Positions 19,133-29,700 of a stretch of DNA of 64,000 bases are shown one piece after another. Under the pieces are notes generated by a model. That model saw nothing but the letters and a program-made list of their open reading frames with translations, did not search any database and had not been told where the DNA came from. A program made the position numbers and the translations under genes. The stretch is from Acidobacteriota bacterium (lineage in GTDB: Bacteria > Acidobacteriota > UBA890 > WLXD01), in the NCBI GenBank assembly GCA_963666055.2, contig CAXWPH010000003.1, positions 1 to 64,000 on the forward strand. The letters are read 5' to 3'. Within the stretch, counting starts at the first letter, position 1. Each line of letters starts with the position of its first letter.

Positions 19133-21762
19133 AACGGCTCGTCGGGATGCTCCTTTGCCTTTGCCTTGTCGGTGCCACCAGTGCGCCGCCGGCGCAGGAC
19201 GATGCAGCGCTGACCGCGTTTCGAAGCGGGCGCTACGACGAGGCGATCGCGGTGTGGCAAGCGGCGCTCGACGGCGGCAGCGCCACGGTCGCTCAGGTGA
19301 GGACTCTGCTGCAAGCTCTTCGTGCCACCGGACGGTCTGATCGCGCCGCTGCGGCGGCTCGCGCCGTCTCCGAGGGCGGCAACGCCGTGGCGATCGCCAA
19401 CCGCTGGGGCGAGCTTTTCTACGAGCGCGGCCAGATCGAGGCGGCGCGTGCGCGGTTCCAGCTCGCCGTTGACGAGGGTGCCTCCGATGCGCTCGTTGCC
19501 GAGCTCAACCTGGCCGTTCTGGAGTTCGAGAGCGGCGACCGGGAGTCCGCCACGCGGCGTTTCAACCGGTTCGTCGACGTCTACAATTCGAGCGGCACGC
19601 TCAACGCCGAGGAGCTGGTGGCCGTCGGCGTCGCCTGCTCCTATCTCGGCCGCGAGAACCCTTCGTTGTTCCATGACGCGGTGCGGGCGTTCGAAGAGGC
19701 GATCGCCGCCGACCCGGAGAGTTCCGAGCCACGACTACGCCTGGCGGAGCTGTTCCTGACGAAGTACGACGGTGCCGAGGCCGGCGTGCTGATCGAGGAG
19801 GTCCTCCGCCTCAACCCGAGCCACGCCGGCGCTCACCTTGCCGAGGCACGACGCCTGCACTTCAACGGCTCGTCGGAGGCGATGGCACGGGTCGATCGGG
19901 CGCTCGAGCTCAACCCCGAGCTCGTTCCGGCACGCGTGCTGCGCGCGCGACTCCTGCTGGCTGCCGAGTCGCAAGCGGCCGCTGAGGCGGAGATGGATCG
20001 AGCCTTGAAGTCCAACCCGGACTCCCTCGAGGTGCTTACGCTGAAGGCGGCGCTTCATTTCCTGCGCGGCGAGCAGCGCAGCTTCGACGATGCCGCCGCC
20101 CGTGCCTTGTCGCGAGATCCCAACTACGGCCAGCTGTTTGCGGTGGTCGCCGAGCTTGCTGTTCAGAACCGGTTCTATGCACAGGCAGTGGATCTGGCGC
20201 GCCGGGCGACGGAGATCGATCCGAGCTTGTGGGCGGCGCACGGAACCCTGGGTATCAACCTGATGCGCATCGGTCGTATCGACGAAGCGCGCGCCAGCCT
20301 CGAGCGGGCGTTCCAGGGCGACCCGTTCAACGTGTGGATAAAGAACACCCTCGATCTTCTCGACACGTTCCCCGACTACCGAATCGTGGAGACCGATCGC
20401 TTCCGGTTGATGATTGGTCACGAGCGCGCAGATCTCATGTCGTTGTACATGGGCCCGCTGGCGGAGGAGGCGTATGAGGCGCTGAGCGCCAAATACGGGT
20501 ACCGCTCCGAGGAGCCGGTGCGGATCGAGGTCTATGACCGGCACGCTGACTTCTCGGTTCGCACACTGGGGTTGGCGGGCCTCGGTGCTCTCGGGGTGGC
20601 CTTCGGTCCGGTGGTTGCGGTTGATGCCCCGCTGACGCCCGGCATGGGTCTGTTCAATTGGGGCTCGACGCTTTGGCACGAGATCGCCCACGTGGTGACG
20701 CTGGGAGTGACCGATTTCCGTGTCCCCCGATGGTTGACCGAGGGACTCTCTGTCTACGAGGAGCGGCGCGCCCGTGAGGCCTGGGGCGACGACGCGACTC
20801 CGGGGTTCCTGCTGGCGTTGCTGCGCGGCCAGTTGCTGCCGGTGAGCCGTATCAACGAGGGCTTCGCCCGTCCTCGCTACCCGGAGCATCTGGGGCATTC
20901 CTATCTGCAGGCATCGCTGGTGTGCGAGCTGATCGAAGAGGACTGGGGGTTCGACGCGATCCTGGCGCTGCTCGATGCCTATCGCGATGGACGAACCGGC
21001 GCCGAGGCAATCCGCGTCGGACTCGGCATCGAGCCGGAAGAGCTAGACGTGCGTTTCGACGAGTACCTGCGCGCTCGCTATGCGGGTCCGTTACGTGGGC
21101 TCGAGGCCGCCGCGAAGCGGCCGCCGGCGCAAGGACGCCAGGGTACGGACTCGGCAGATCTGAAAGCCCTCGCCGATGCCGACAGCACCGACTTCATCGC
21201 CCACCTCTCCGCCGGCGCGGCGCTGGCGCGCCAAGGGAGCGATGAAGCGATCGAGTACCTGGAGCGCGCCAAGCGACTCTTTCCCGGTTATGCCGGCCCG
21301 GACAGCGCGTACGTACATCTTGCGAAGATCCTTGAGGCTCGGGGCGATGTTGCGGCCGCGGCGGCGGAGCTCCGGATGCTGCTGTCGCTCAACGAATCTC
21401 TGCTGCCCGCGTATCTGAAAAGCGCCGAGTTGCTCGAGCAACTGGGACGGACATCCGAGGCGGCCGATTTCTTGCAACGATCGATGTTCATCGATCCGTG
21501 GGACATTTCTCGCCACCAACGGTTGGCCCAGCTACGCGAGAATCTGGAACAATGGAGCGGTGCGGTGCGTGAGCGCGCGGCGGTCGTCGCGCTCGGACCC
21601 GTCGACCGGGCGTCGGCGCTGTATCGCCTGGCATACGCACATGATCGGCATGGCGACACCCGTGCCGCTCGTCGCGCGGTGATCGCGGCGCTGGAGATCG
21701 CACCCGGCTACCGGGATGCCCAGGAGTTGCTGTTGGCGATACGCGCTCGGCAGGGAACATGA
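19129..21762 (+). CDS. Exported TPR protein with gluzincin (peptidase MA-like) domain
   Basis: Many TPRs; LWHEIAH..PRWLTEGL. Confidence 0.85.
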   Translation: MKRLVGMLLCLCLVGATSAPPAQDDAALTAFRSGRYDEAIAVWQAALDGGSATVAQVRTLLQALRATGRSDRAAAAARAVSEGGNAVAIANRWGELFYERGQIEAARARFQLAVDEGASDALVAELNLAVLEFESGDRESATRRFNRFVDVYNSSGTLNAEELVAVGVACSYLGRENPSLFHDAVRAFEEAIAADPESSEPRLRLAELFLTKYDGAEAGVLIEEVLRLNPSHAGAHLAEARRLHFNGSSEAMARVDRALELNPELVPARVLRARLLLAAESQAAAEAEMDRALKSNPDSLEVLTLKAALHFLRGEQRSFDDAAARALSRDPNYGQLFAVVAELAVQNRFYAQAVDLARRATEIDPSLWAAHGTLGINLMRIGRIDEARASLERAFQGDPFNVWIKNTLDLLDTFPDYRIVETDRFRLMIGHERADLMSLYMGPLAEEAYEALSAKYGYRSEEPVRIEVYDRHADFSVRTLGLAGLGALGVAFGPVVAVDAPLTPGMGLFNWGSTLWHEIAHVVTLGVTDFRVPRWLTEGLSVYEERRAREAWGDDATPGFLLALLRGQLLPVSRINEGFARPRYPEHLGHSYLQASLVCELIEEDWGFDAILALLDAYRDGRTGAEAIRVGLGIEPEELDVRFDEYLRARYAGPLRGLEAAAKRPPAQGRQGTDSADLKALADADSTDFIAHLSAGAALARQGSDEAIEYLERAKRLFPGYAGPDSAYVHLAKILEARGDVAAAAAELRMLLSLNESLLPAYLKSAELLEQLGRTSEAADFLQRSMFIDPWDISRHQRLAQLRENLEQWSGAVRERAAVVALGPVDRASALYRLAYAHDRHGDTRAARRAVIAALEIAPGYRDAQELLLAIRARQGT

Positions 21763-22583
21763 TGCGCGGGCGAGCCCGGCAGCTCACCGGCACAGTGGTT
21801 GCCGCGGCCATTGCGTGCCTGCTCGCCTCCGGCGCTATCGCCGCCTCGATCAGACAATGGGGATTCAGAGGAAACACCGGACCGGCGCCTGAGGTCGACT
21901 ATGAGAACGCCGAGTACGACGGTCGGTTCGCCTTTGTGCGGGTCAAGTTCAACCCATCGCAGTGGCGTCCGGGCCGCTATGAATGGGGTCTGGACCTGAA
22001 GTGGAACCACGACTATCCGCGTGCCGACCGGCGCTTGGCGGAGATCCTTGACCTGGTCACCGGCATGGCCGCCAATCAGGACAACAGCAATATCGTCGGC
22101 CTGGATGAGCCCGAGCTGTTTCGCTATCCCTGGGCGTACATGTGCGAGGTGGGCTTTCTGACGCTTACCGACGCAGAGGCTCAGAACCTGCGCAGCTATC
22201 TCCTCAAGGGTGGCTTCGTGGTGGTCGACGACTTCGTCGGCTACCACTGGTACAACTTCGAGGACGAGATGCGGAAAGTGATTCCCGGGGGACGCTTTAT
22301 CGAGCTCGACGCGAGCCACCCCATCTTTCACGCCTTCTTCGACATCGACGATCTATTCTTCGGCGGCGGGCAGTACTCCGGCTACCAGGGCGGCGGCAGC
22401 CCTCGGTACTTCGGCCTGTTCGAGGACAACGACCCCGACAAGCGGCTCATGATGATCGTCAACTATGACAATGATATCGGTGAGTACTGGGAGTTTGCCG
22501 GAAGCCCTTACCTCGAGATCGACCTGACGAACGACGCCTTCAAGCTGGGCGTCAACTACGTCATGTACTCAATGCTCCACTGA
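21759..22583 (+). CDS. DUF4159 domain protein (exported), paralog 2
   Basis: WNHDYPRAD, LFRYPWAY, YLLKGGFVVVDDF, NDIGEYWE. Confidence 0.85.
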   Translation: MMRGRARQLTGTVVAAAIACLLASGAIAASIRQWGFRGNTGPAPEVDYENAEYDGRFAFVRVKFNPSQWRPGRYEWGLDLKWNHDYPRADRRLAEILDLVTGMAANQDNSNIVGLDEPELFRYPWAYMCEVGFLTLTDAEAQNLRSYLLKGGFVVVDDFVGYHWYNFEDEMRKVIPGGRFIELDASHPIFHAFFDIDDLFFGGGQYSGYQGGGSPRYFGLFEDNDPDKRLMMIVNYDNDIGEYWEFAGSPYLEIDLTNDAFKLGVNYVMYSMLH

Positions 22584-22597
22584 GAACAGGAAAGTTC

Positions 22598-23701
22598 ATG
22601 AGCGAACCTGAAGAAGTCGTGGAATCCACGGCACCTGTCGACGACGGGGAGATCCACGGCGAGACGGCATCGGGGGGCGCCGACCCGACGGACGAGCTCG
22701 CCGCGGCAGACGACATTGCCCTGGCCGATCGCCTGCGGGAGGCGCGCTTGCAGGTGCTTGGTGAGCTACGCAAGGTAATCATCGGGCAGGATGCGGTGGT
22801 CGAGCAGGTGCTGATGTCGCTGCTGGTGGGCGGCAACAGCATCATCACAGGTGTTCCCGGGCTCGCTAAGACCTTGCTGGTACAGACGATCGCCCAGGTG
22901 CTGGATCTGAAGTTTTCGCGCATCCAGTTCACCCCGGATCTGATGCCGTCCGACATCACCGGCACGGATCTGGTTCAGGAGGATCCCGAGACCGGGCGCC
23001 GCACGCTGGTGTTTGCTCCCGGCCCCATCTTCGCCAACATCGTCCTCGCCGACGAGATCAACCGCACGCCTCCCAAGACGCAGTCGGCGCTGCTGGAGGC
23101 GATGCAGGAGCACCGCGTCACCGTCCAAGGGACGACCTACCAGCTCGAGGAGCCATTCTTCGTCTTTGCGACCCAGAACCCAATCGAGCTGGAGGGCACC
23201 TATCCGTTGCCCGAGGCCCAGCTCGACCGTTTCATGTTCGACATCATCATCGAGCACATGCCGCTCGACGAAGAGTTGCAGGTGGTGCGGTCGACCACTT
23301 CCGAGCAGAACGTCGAGCTCGAGCCGGTGGTCAGCGGTGCCGAGATCATCGCCTTCCAGCAGCTTGTGCGGCGCGTCCCCGTTGCCGAGCCCGTCATGCG
23401 ATACGCCGTCGACCTGGTTCGCACCAGTCGTCCGGCGGAGGACGGACCCGAGTTCGTACGCAAATGGGTCGAGTACGGAGCCAGCGTACGAGCCGCCCAG
23501 TATCTGATCCTGGGAGGTAAGGCCCGGGCGCTGATGGAGGGCCGCTACGCGGTGGACTTTGACGACATCCGCGCGCTCGCCAAACCGGTGTTACGCCACC
23601 GTCTTCTGACCAACTTCCACGCCGAGTCGGAGCGCGTTGGATCGGGTGACATCGTCGATCAGCTACTCGAGGCCGTCGTGGTTCCCGGCTCGAGCATGTA
23701 G
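22598..23701 (+). CDS. moxR: MoxR family AAA+ ATPase
   Basis: GVPGLAKT, RIQFTPDLMPSDITG, LADEINR, ATQNPIE, YPLPEAQLDRF. Confidence 0.96.
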   Translation: MSEPEEVVESTAPVDDGEIHGETASGGADPTDELAAADDIALADRLREARLQVLGELRKVIIGQDAVVEQVLMSLLVGGNSIITGVPGLAKTLLVQTIAQVLDLKFSRIQFTPDLMPSDITGTDLVQEDPETGRRTLVFAPGPIFANIVLADEINRTPPKTQSALLEAMQEHRVTVQGTTYQLEEPFFVFATQNPIELEGTYPLPEAQLDRFMFDIIIEHMPLDEELQVVRSTTSEQNVELEPVVSGAEIIAFQQLVRRVPVAEPVMRYAVDLVRTSRPAEDGPEFVRKWVEYGASVRAAQYLILGGKARALMEGRYAVDFDDIRALAKPVLRHRLLTNFHAESERVGSGDIVDQLLEAVVVPGSSM

Positions 23702-23754
23702 CCGGCTGATCGGGGCAGGGAAGAGGATGCTCGATAATTCGCGCAGGGGACGTT

Positions 23755-24675
23755 GTGGCGAACGACACACGTAGTCACGCACGGCCAGGTTCGAGCTTCA
23801 TCGACCCGTTGGTGCTGGGTCGCATCGACAACCTTGCCTTGCTGGCGCGGACGGTCGTCGAGGGTTTCATCGGTGGGCTACACCGCTCGCCCTACCGCGG
23901 GCTCTCGGTCGATTTCGCCGAACATCGCCCTTATGTGCTAGGCGACGACATCCGCATGATCGACTGGCGTGTTTTTGGTCGCACGGATCGCTTCTACATC
24001 AAGCAGTTCGAGGCGGATTCGAACGCTAACTTCACGGTGTTGCTCGACGTATCGCGATCTATGGGCTTCGCGCAGTCGGGACTCAGCAAGCTCGACTATG
24101 CGCGCTACCTGGCCGCCTGCCTTCTGTACTTCGCCCGCAAGCAGCGAGACCGTGTTGGTTTCCTGAGCTTCAACGACGATGTCGTGGATTACGTTCCGCC
24201 GGCCGCCAAACACCTGGACCTGATCTTGCACACCATCGACGGGCTCCAGCCCAGCGGTGCCAGCGCGCTTGAAAAGCCGCTGTGGAAGCTCGCCGAGGCG
24301 GCCCAACGGCGCGGCATCATGGTGCTGATCTCGGACCTTTACGAAGACCCGACGACGGTGCTCGAGAGCATTCAGCGCCTGGGCTACAAGGGTAATGACG
24401 TGCTCGTCTTCCACGTGCTCGACCGCGCTGAGATCGAGTTTCCGTTCGAGGAATCCGCTAACTACGTTGATATGGAGTCTGGTGAGAGTTTGCCAGTTGT
24501 CCCGGATCGCCTGCGCGAGCGGTACCGAGAGCTGGTAGCGGAGCATATCGGGGCGCTGCGAAACAACCTCGGTCAGCGGCGCATCGACTACGCCCTGTTC
24601 GATACCAGCCAGCCTCTCGACCATGCGCTTTTCAGCTATCTGTCGATGCGGCATCAGCTCACGAGGACCCGCTGA
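23755..24675 (+). CDS. DUF58 (vWA-like) MoxR partner
   Basis: GLHRSPYRG.SVDFAEHR.Y..GDDIR.IDW, DVSRSM, ISDL. Confidence 0.93.
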   Translation: MANDTRSHARPGSSFIDPLVLGRIDNLALLARTVVEGFIGGLHRSPYRGLSVDFAEHRPYVLGDDIRMIDWRVFGRTDRFYIKQFEADSNANFTVLLDVSRSMGFAQSGLSKLDYARYLAACLLYFARKQRDRVGFLSFNDDVVDYVPPAAKHLDLILHTIDGLQPSGASALEKPLWKLAEAAQRRGIMVLISDLYEDPTTVLESIQRLGYKGNDVLVFHVLDRAEIEFPFEESANYVDMESGESLPVVPDRLRERYRELVAEHIGALRNNLGQRRIDYALFDTSQPLDHALFSYLSMRHQLTRTR

Positions 24676-26768
24676 TGGGTCTGTCGTTTCTCGTTCCCGC
24701 GTTTCTTGCTGGCTTCGCGGCGATTGCGATACCGATCTGGGTTCACCTGCGCAATCGAGCCAAGACCGACACCATCGACTTCCCTTCGCTTATGTTTCTC
24801 GAGCGCGTGCCCTATCGCTCGGTGCAGCGTCAACAGCTGCGCCATCGGCTGCTTTTCGCGGCACGTTGCGCCGCTATGTTGCTGTTGGCGCTGGCGTTCG
24901 CGCGACCGTTCTTTGGCGGTGTCGATCTCGCAGGGGCGGTCTCCGGCGGTGATCGCGAGATCGTGATCCTCTTGGATCGCAGCTGGAGCATGGGCTACGA
25001 GGATCGCTGGGAGCGTGCACTCGAGGCTGCTGCGGCCGAGGCTGGGAGCATGGTGGCCGGCGACCGCGCCTCGCTGGTGTTGTTCGACGACACCGCTGAG
25101 GTTGCTACCGAGTCGACCGCCGACGGTGCCGTGCTGATGGACGCTCTGCGGACTGCTGAGCTGGGAGTGTCGACGACCCGAATCGTTGCCGGCTTGCGGG
25201 CTGCCTCGCGCCTGCTGGCAGCGAGCTCGCTTCCAAGCCGCGAGGTGGTACTGATCAGCGACTTTCAACGTATCGGTTGGGGCGAGGACGACGACGTCGA
25301 CCTCCCCGAGGGTACCGTTATGCGCCCGGTCAATCTGAGCGACGCGCCGGCGCACAATATCGGCGTTGCGAGCGTTGGGCTGCAACGACAGCGATCGACT
25401 GCCGACGCTTCCAACGACACGGTCGTGGTGACCGCGAGGCTGACGCGACAGGGCGGCGAGACGGTCCGGGAAGTCACCGCCGAGCTTCGAGTCGATGGAA
25501 TCGTGCAGCAATCACTGACGGTCGACTTGCCAGCCAATGGGGCGGCGACGGTGGCGTTCGATCCGCTCACTGGAGGCGCCCCAGCCGTGCGCGGAACGGT
25601 TAGCGTGGAGCATGACGGTCTGCCGGGCGACGACGAATTCCACTTCGTCTCATCGCCGACCCAGGTGCTGTCGGTGTTGCTGGTGCAGAATGCGACGGCA
25701 AGCGAGTCCGATTCCCTTTATGTTGAGCGTGCCTTGCGTGTCGGCTCACGGCCGCCGTTCAGTCTCGAGCGCGCCAGCTTGCCCGATCTGCAGTCCGCTG
25801 ACCTCGATCGGCACGACCTGGTAGTGCTGAACGACGTCGGCTCGATGGGGACGGAGCTCGAAGCCGCTTTGCACGATTACGTCAGCGGCGGCAGCGGCGT
25901 GTTGGTCGCCATGGCCGAGCTCAGCAGCGCAGCGCCGAGTGGCTGGTTGCCCTTCGGAGCGGGCGGCGAAGCCGATCGCAGCCGCGATCTCGGGGCGACG
26001 CTTGCCTACGTTGATTCCGATCATCCCGTGTTCGAGGTGTTCCGCTCCGCCGACAGTGCTGATCTTGCAGCAGCCCGGTTCTACCGCTACCGGCTACTAG
26101 ATCCCGTTCCTGATACCGGTGTGCTGGCCCGCTATGATGATGGTTCACCGGCGCTTGTCGAGGTGCGTGTGGGCGAAGGGCGGGTACTGGTCTGGACGAG
26201 CTCACTGGACACGTTCTGGACCGACCTACCTCTCCAGCCAGTGTTTCTGCCGCTGCTTCACGAGGCGGCGAAGTACGCTGCCGGGTACCGTGAAAGCGAT
26301 GTGTGGCTACCCGCCGGTCGTGGCCTCAGCATGGCCGAGCTGGGCAGAGCTGCCGGCGGAGGTCGCGCGGCGGAATCGCTCGAGAACGTTGGCGTGGTGT
26401 CCGACACTGGCGCCCAGGTTGAGCGTCTGGCTGGCGGCCGCGTGCGGCTGAACCCTGGTTTTCATAGTGTGTCCTGGTCAGGTGGGGATGGCAGCGTGGC
26501 GGTGAATCTCGACCGCGCGGAAGCTGACCTGGCGGCGATCGACGCGGAAGAGCTCGCCGCCGCAGTCGTCTGGGGTGCCGGCGGCGAGGTAGACTCGAAC
26601 GTGCCGCAGCAGGCAACAGGCGCAGAGATCGAGGGCCGTCAGTCGTTGTGGTGGTACTTGCTGGTCGCGGCGGCGCTCTTGCTGGTCGCCGAGACGATCC
26701 TGTCCAATCGTCTGTCGCCGCGTGCTGGCGCGAGAGCGGGCAAAGTACACGATTCCCCAGTGTCGTGA
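24675..26768 (+). CDS. BatA N-terminal domain + vWA membrane protein
   Basis: FLVPAFL..IPIWVHL..FPSLMFL..LAFARP; LDRSWSM; C-terminal LWWYLL TM. Confidence 0.88.
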   Translation: MGLSFLVPAFLAGFAAIAIPIWVHLRNRAKTDTIDFPSLMFLERVPYRSVQRQQLRHRLLFAARCAAMLLLALAFARPFFGGVDLAGAVSGGDREIVILLDRSWSMGYEDRWERALEAAAAEAGSMVAGDRASLVLFDDTAEVATESTADGAVLMDALRTAELGVSTTRIVAGLRAASRLLAASSLPSREVVLISDFQRIGWGEDDDVDLPEGTVMRPVNLSDAPAHNIGVASVGLQRQRSTADASNDTVVVTARLTRQGGETVREVTAELRVDGIVQQSLTVDLPANGAATVAFDPLTGGAPAVRGTVSVEHDGLPGDDEFHFVSSPTQVLSVLLVQNATASESDSLYVERALRVGSRPPFSLERASLPDLQSADLDRHDLVVLNDVGSMGTELEAALHDYVSGGSGVLVAMAELSSAAPSGWLPFGAGGEADRSRDLGATLAYVDSDHPVFEVFRSADSADLAAARFYRYRLLDPVPDTGVLARYDDGSPALVEVRVGEGRVLVWTSSLDTFWTDLPLQPVFLPLLHEAAKYAAGYRESDVWLPAGRGLSMAELGRAAGGGRAAESLENVGVVSDTGAQVERLAGGRVRLNPGFHSVSWSGGDGSVAVNLDRAEADLAAIDAEELAAAVVWGAGGEVDSNVPQQATGAEIEGRQSLWWYLLVAAALLLVAETILSNRLSPRAGARAGKVHDSPVS

Positions 26769-26784
26769 TTGACACCTGGAAAAG

Positions 26785-29700
26785 GTGCCGATGAAGCGTA
26801 GTGTCGTTCGCAAGCTGGCGACGTTGCAGTCGATCGAGTACCAGCGTCTGCTCGGTATCATGCGGCGCGTACGCTATCGCTGGCGTTTGCGGTTGCTGCT
26901 GCGCGGCCTTGCCCTTGCGTTGATCGCGGCGCTCGCAACCGTCCTGCTGGCCTCGTGGGGGCTGGATACGTTCCGCTCTCGGCCCTGGGCAGTCATCGCT
27001 CTGAGCGGCCTCACCTATGCGGTGCTGGCGTACGCTCTCTACCGCTTCCTGGCGCGGCCGCTGTGGCGACGGGTTAGCGATGAGCAAGTAGCGCTGTATG
27101 TCCAGGAGCACACTGGTGTCGATGCGGCGCTCGTGTCGGCGGTCGAGTTCGGGTCGCCAGGCCAACGCCCCGACAACAGCCAGGTGTCGGCACAGTTCGT
27201 GGAGAAGCTCGTCGAGGAGGCCGTGCTACGCGCACCTGAGATCGGCTTCGGCACGAGCGTCGAGAGCAGTGAGCTGCGTCGGATGTCGGGAGTGCTCGGC
27301 GCCGCCTCCATGGCGGTCGTGGCGGTGGCGCTGATGAACCCGGCCTTCCTGCTTGACGGGGCGAGACGGCTGCTCACGCCGTTCGCACGCGGCACCGTCC
27401 CGGCGCCCTACACCATCGAGGTCACGCCCGGAAACGACGAGGTTGCTCGAGGTGGTGATCAACTCATCACCGCATTGCTGTTCGGCTTCGACTCCGACCA
27501 GGTGGAAATCTCTTTCAAGGTCGGAGACGGAGACTGGGACAGGCAGTCGATGGTGGCCGATAGCGCCACTGGAGCACATCAGTTCATGATGTTCCGACTG
27601 TCCGACGACGCCGAATACTTCGTCGAGGCGAGCGGTGTTCGGTCGCTGCTGTACCGGCTCGACGTCGTCGACGTGCCCTACGTCGAGCGTATCGATCTGG
27701 AGCTGATATTTCCGCAATACAGCGGCCTGTCTCCTCAGGTGATCGAGGATGGTGGCGACATTGCCGCGCTGGTGGGGACCCGGGTGCGACTACAGGTCAC
27801 TCCAACCGTCGATGTTCCAGGCGGCCGCCTGCGTATCGAGTGGCTCGCCGCTGGCGACGGCGATCCGCTGGTGGAGACGCTGCCGCTGGAGTCGGGGAAC
27901 GATGGCCTGCGCGTTGAGCTCGAGGTCTTGCGATCTGGTTACTACCGGGTCGAGCTGAGTGACTTCGACGGCATCCTGCACGAGGCTTCCTCTGAATACT
28001 TGATCGAGGTGCTCGCCGACCAGCCGCCGACCGTGGCCTTCGACTCACCAGGCAGGGACGTGAGCGTGACGTCGATCGAGGAGGTCTTCACCGAGGTCTC
28101 GGCGGAGGACGACTACGGATTGGCTCGAGTCGACATAATCTACTCGATCAACGGTGGCGAAAGACGCACCGTACCGTTGTTGCAGGGGTCCGGTGCCGAC
28201 CGGCGTAGCCTCACCGCGGCGCATACCTTTTATCTGGAGGAAGAGGAGCTCGAGCCCGGGGACTTCATCGTCTATTTCGCGCGCGCGCAGGACAATCGTG
28301 CTGTGGCCGAGGCGCAGACGAGAAGCACGGATCTGTACTTCTTGGAGGTGCAATCGTTCGACCGTCGTTACCAGCAGGCCGATGCCGGCGGTGCAGGCGG
28401 CGGAGGCGGTCGGGGAGGCGGGCTCGGACTGGCCCGGCGCCAGCGCGAGGTGGTTTCGGCAACGTTCAAGATCGCGCGCGATGCCGATAGCATCGCCGAC
28501 CAGGAAATGGCCGATGATCTGGAGTTCCTTGCCGGCGTCGAGAACGAGCTGCGCGAGCAAGTACAGCAGGCCCAGACCCAGTTTGGCGGGCTCGGAAGCG
28601 ACGAGGACTCGCTGCGCGGCATCGATTATCTCGCCGAGGCCTCGAAGGCACTTGACGAAGCGGCCGGCGAGTTGACCGGGCACGACGCCGATGGCGCCCT
28701 GCCTCCCGAACAGCGCGCCCTGCAATATCTACAACGCTTCGAGGCGCTGTTCCTCGACATGCAGGTTTCGATGAACCAAGGCGGCGGCGGCGGCGCCGCC
28801 GGCGACATGTCCGAGCTCGAGGAGATGTTCGAGAATCAGGCCGACAAGCTCGACAATCAGTACGAGTCGGTGCGCCGCGAGCGCCAGGACGAAACTGACA
28901 ACGCTGTCGATGAAGCCATGCAGCGGCTGACCGAGCTCGCTCGTCGCCAGCAGCAAGAGATCGAGCGTCAGCGAGCACAGGGTGCGCGGGCCCCCAACCA
29001 GGGTGGTGGGCAAGCACGGCAGCGCCAGATTGCAGAGCAGGCGGAGGAGCTCGCTCGTGAGCTCGAGCGGCTGGGTCGACGCAATTCCCAGCGCGATCTC
29101 CAGGAGGCTGCCAATCGTCTGCGTGAAGCAGCCGACGCCATGCGTCGGGCAGCGGCCAGTGGCGGTGACGCCAGCGCCTCGGATAGCGCCCGGGCGCTGA
29201 ATGACCTGCAGAACGCGCGGCGGCTCCTCGACCGAAATCGCGACGGCCGTCTGGACCGTGATCTGCGCGACGCGCAGCAGCGCATCGCCGAGATGCGCGA
29301 GGATCAGGCGGCAATCGAGAACGAGGTCGAGGCGTTGGGTGGTGCCGGCGGGCGCACGCAAGAGCGCATCGACGATCTGTTCGAGCGTAAGGACCGCTTG
29401 ACCGACGACATCCGCGGGCTCGAACGCAACCTCGACGACATGGCGCGGGAGTCACGCGGCCAGCAGATGGCAGCCTCCCGCGCTCTCCAGGAAGCAGCCG
29501 AGTGGGTTCGGGACGAGAAGTTGGCCGACAAGGTGCGGTACTCGAAGGGCGTTGTGCAGGAGCGTGATCCACGCACGGCACGGGCGTTCGAGCAGGAGAT
29601 CAGCGATGGCCTGGCCAGCCTGGAGGGGCTTGTTGACTCCGCTGCCGAGAACATCGAGCGGTCGCCGGGCGAGCGCCTGGCCGACGCGGTCGAAGACACA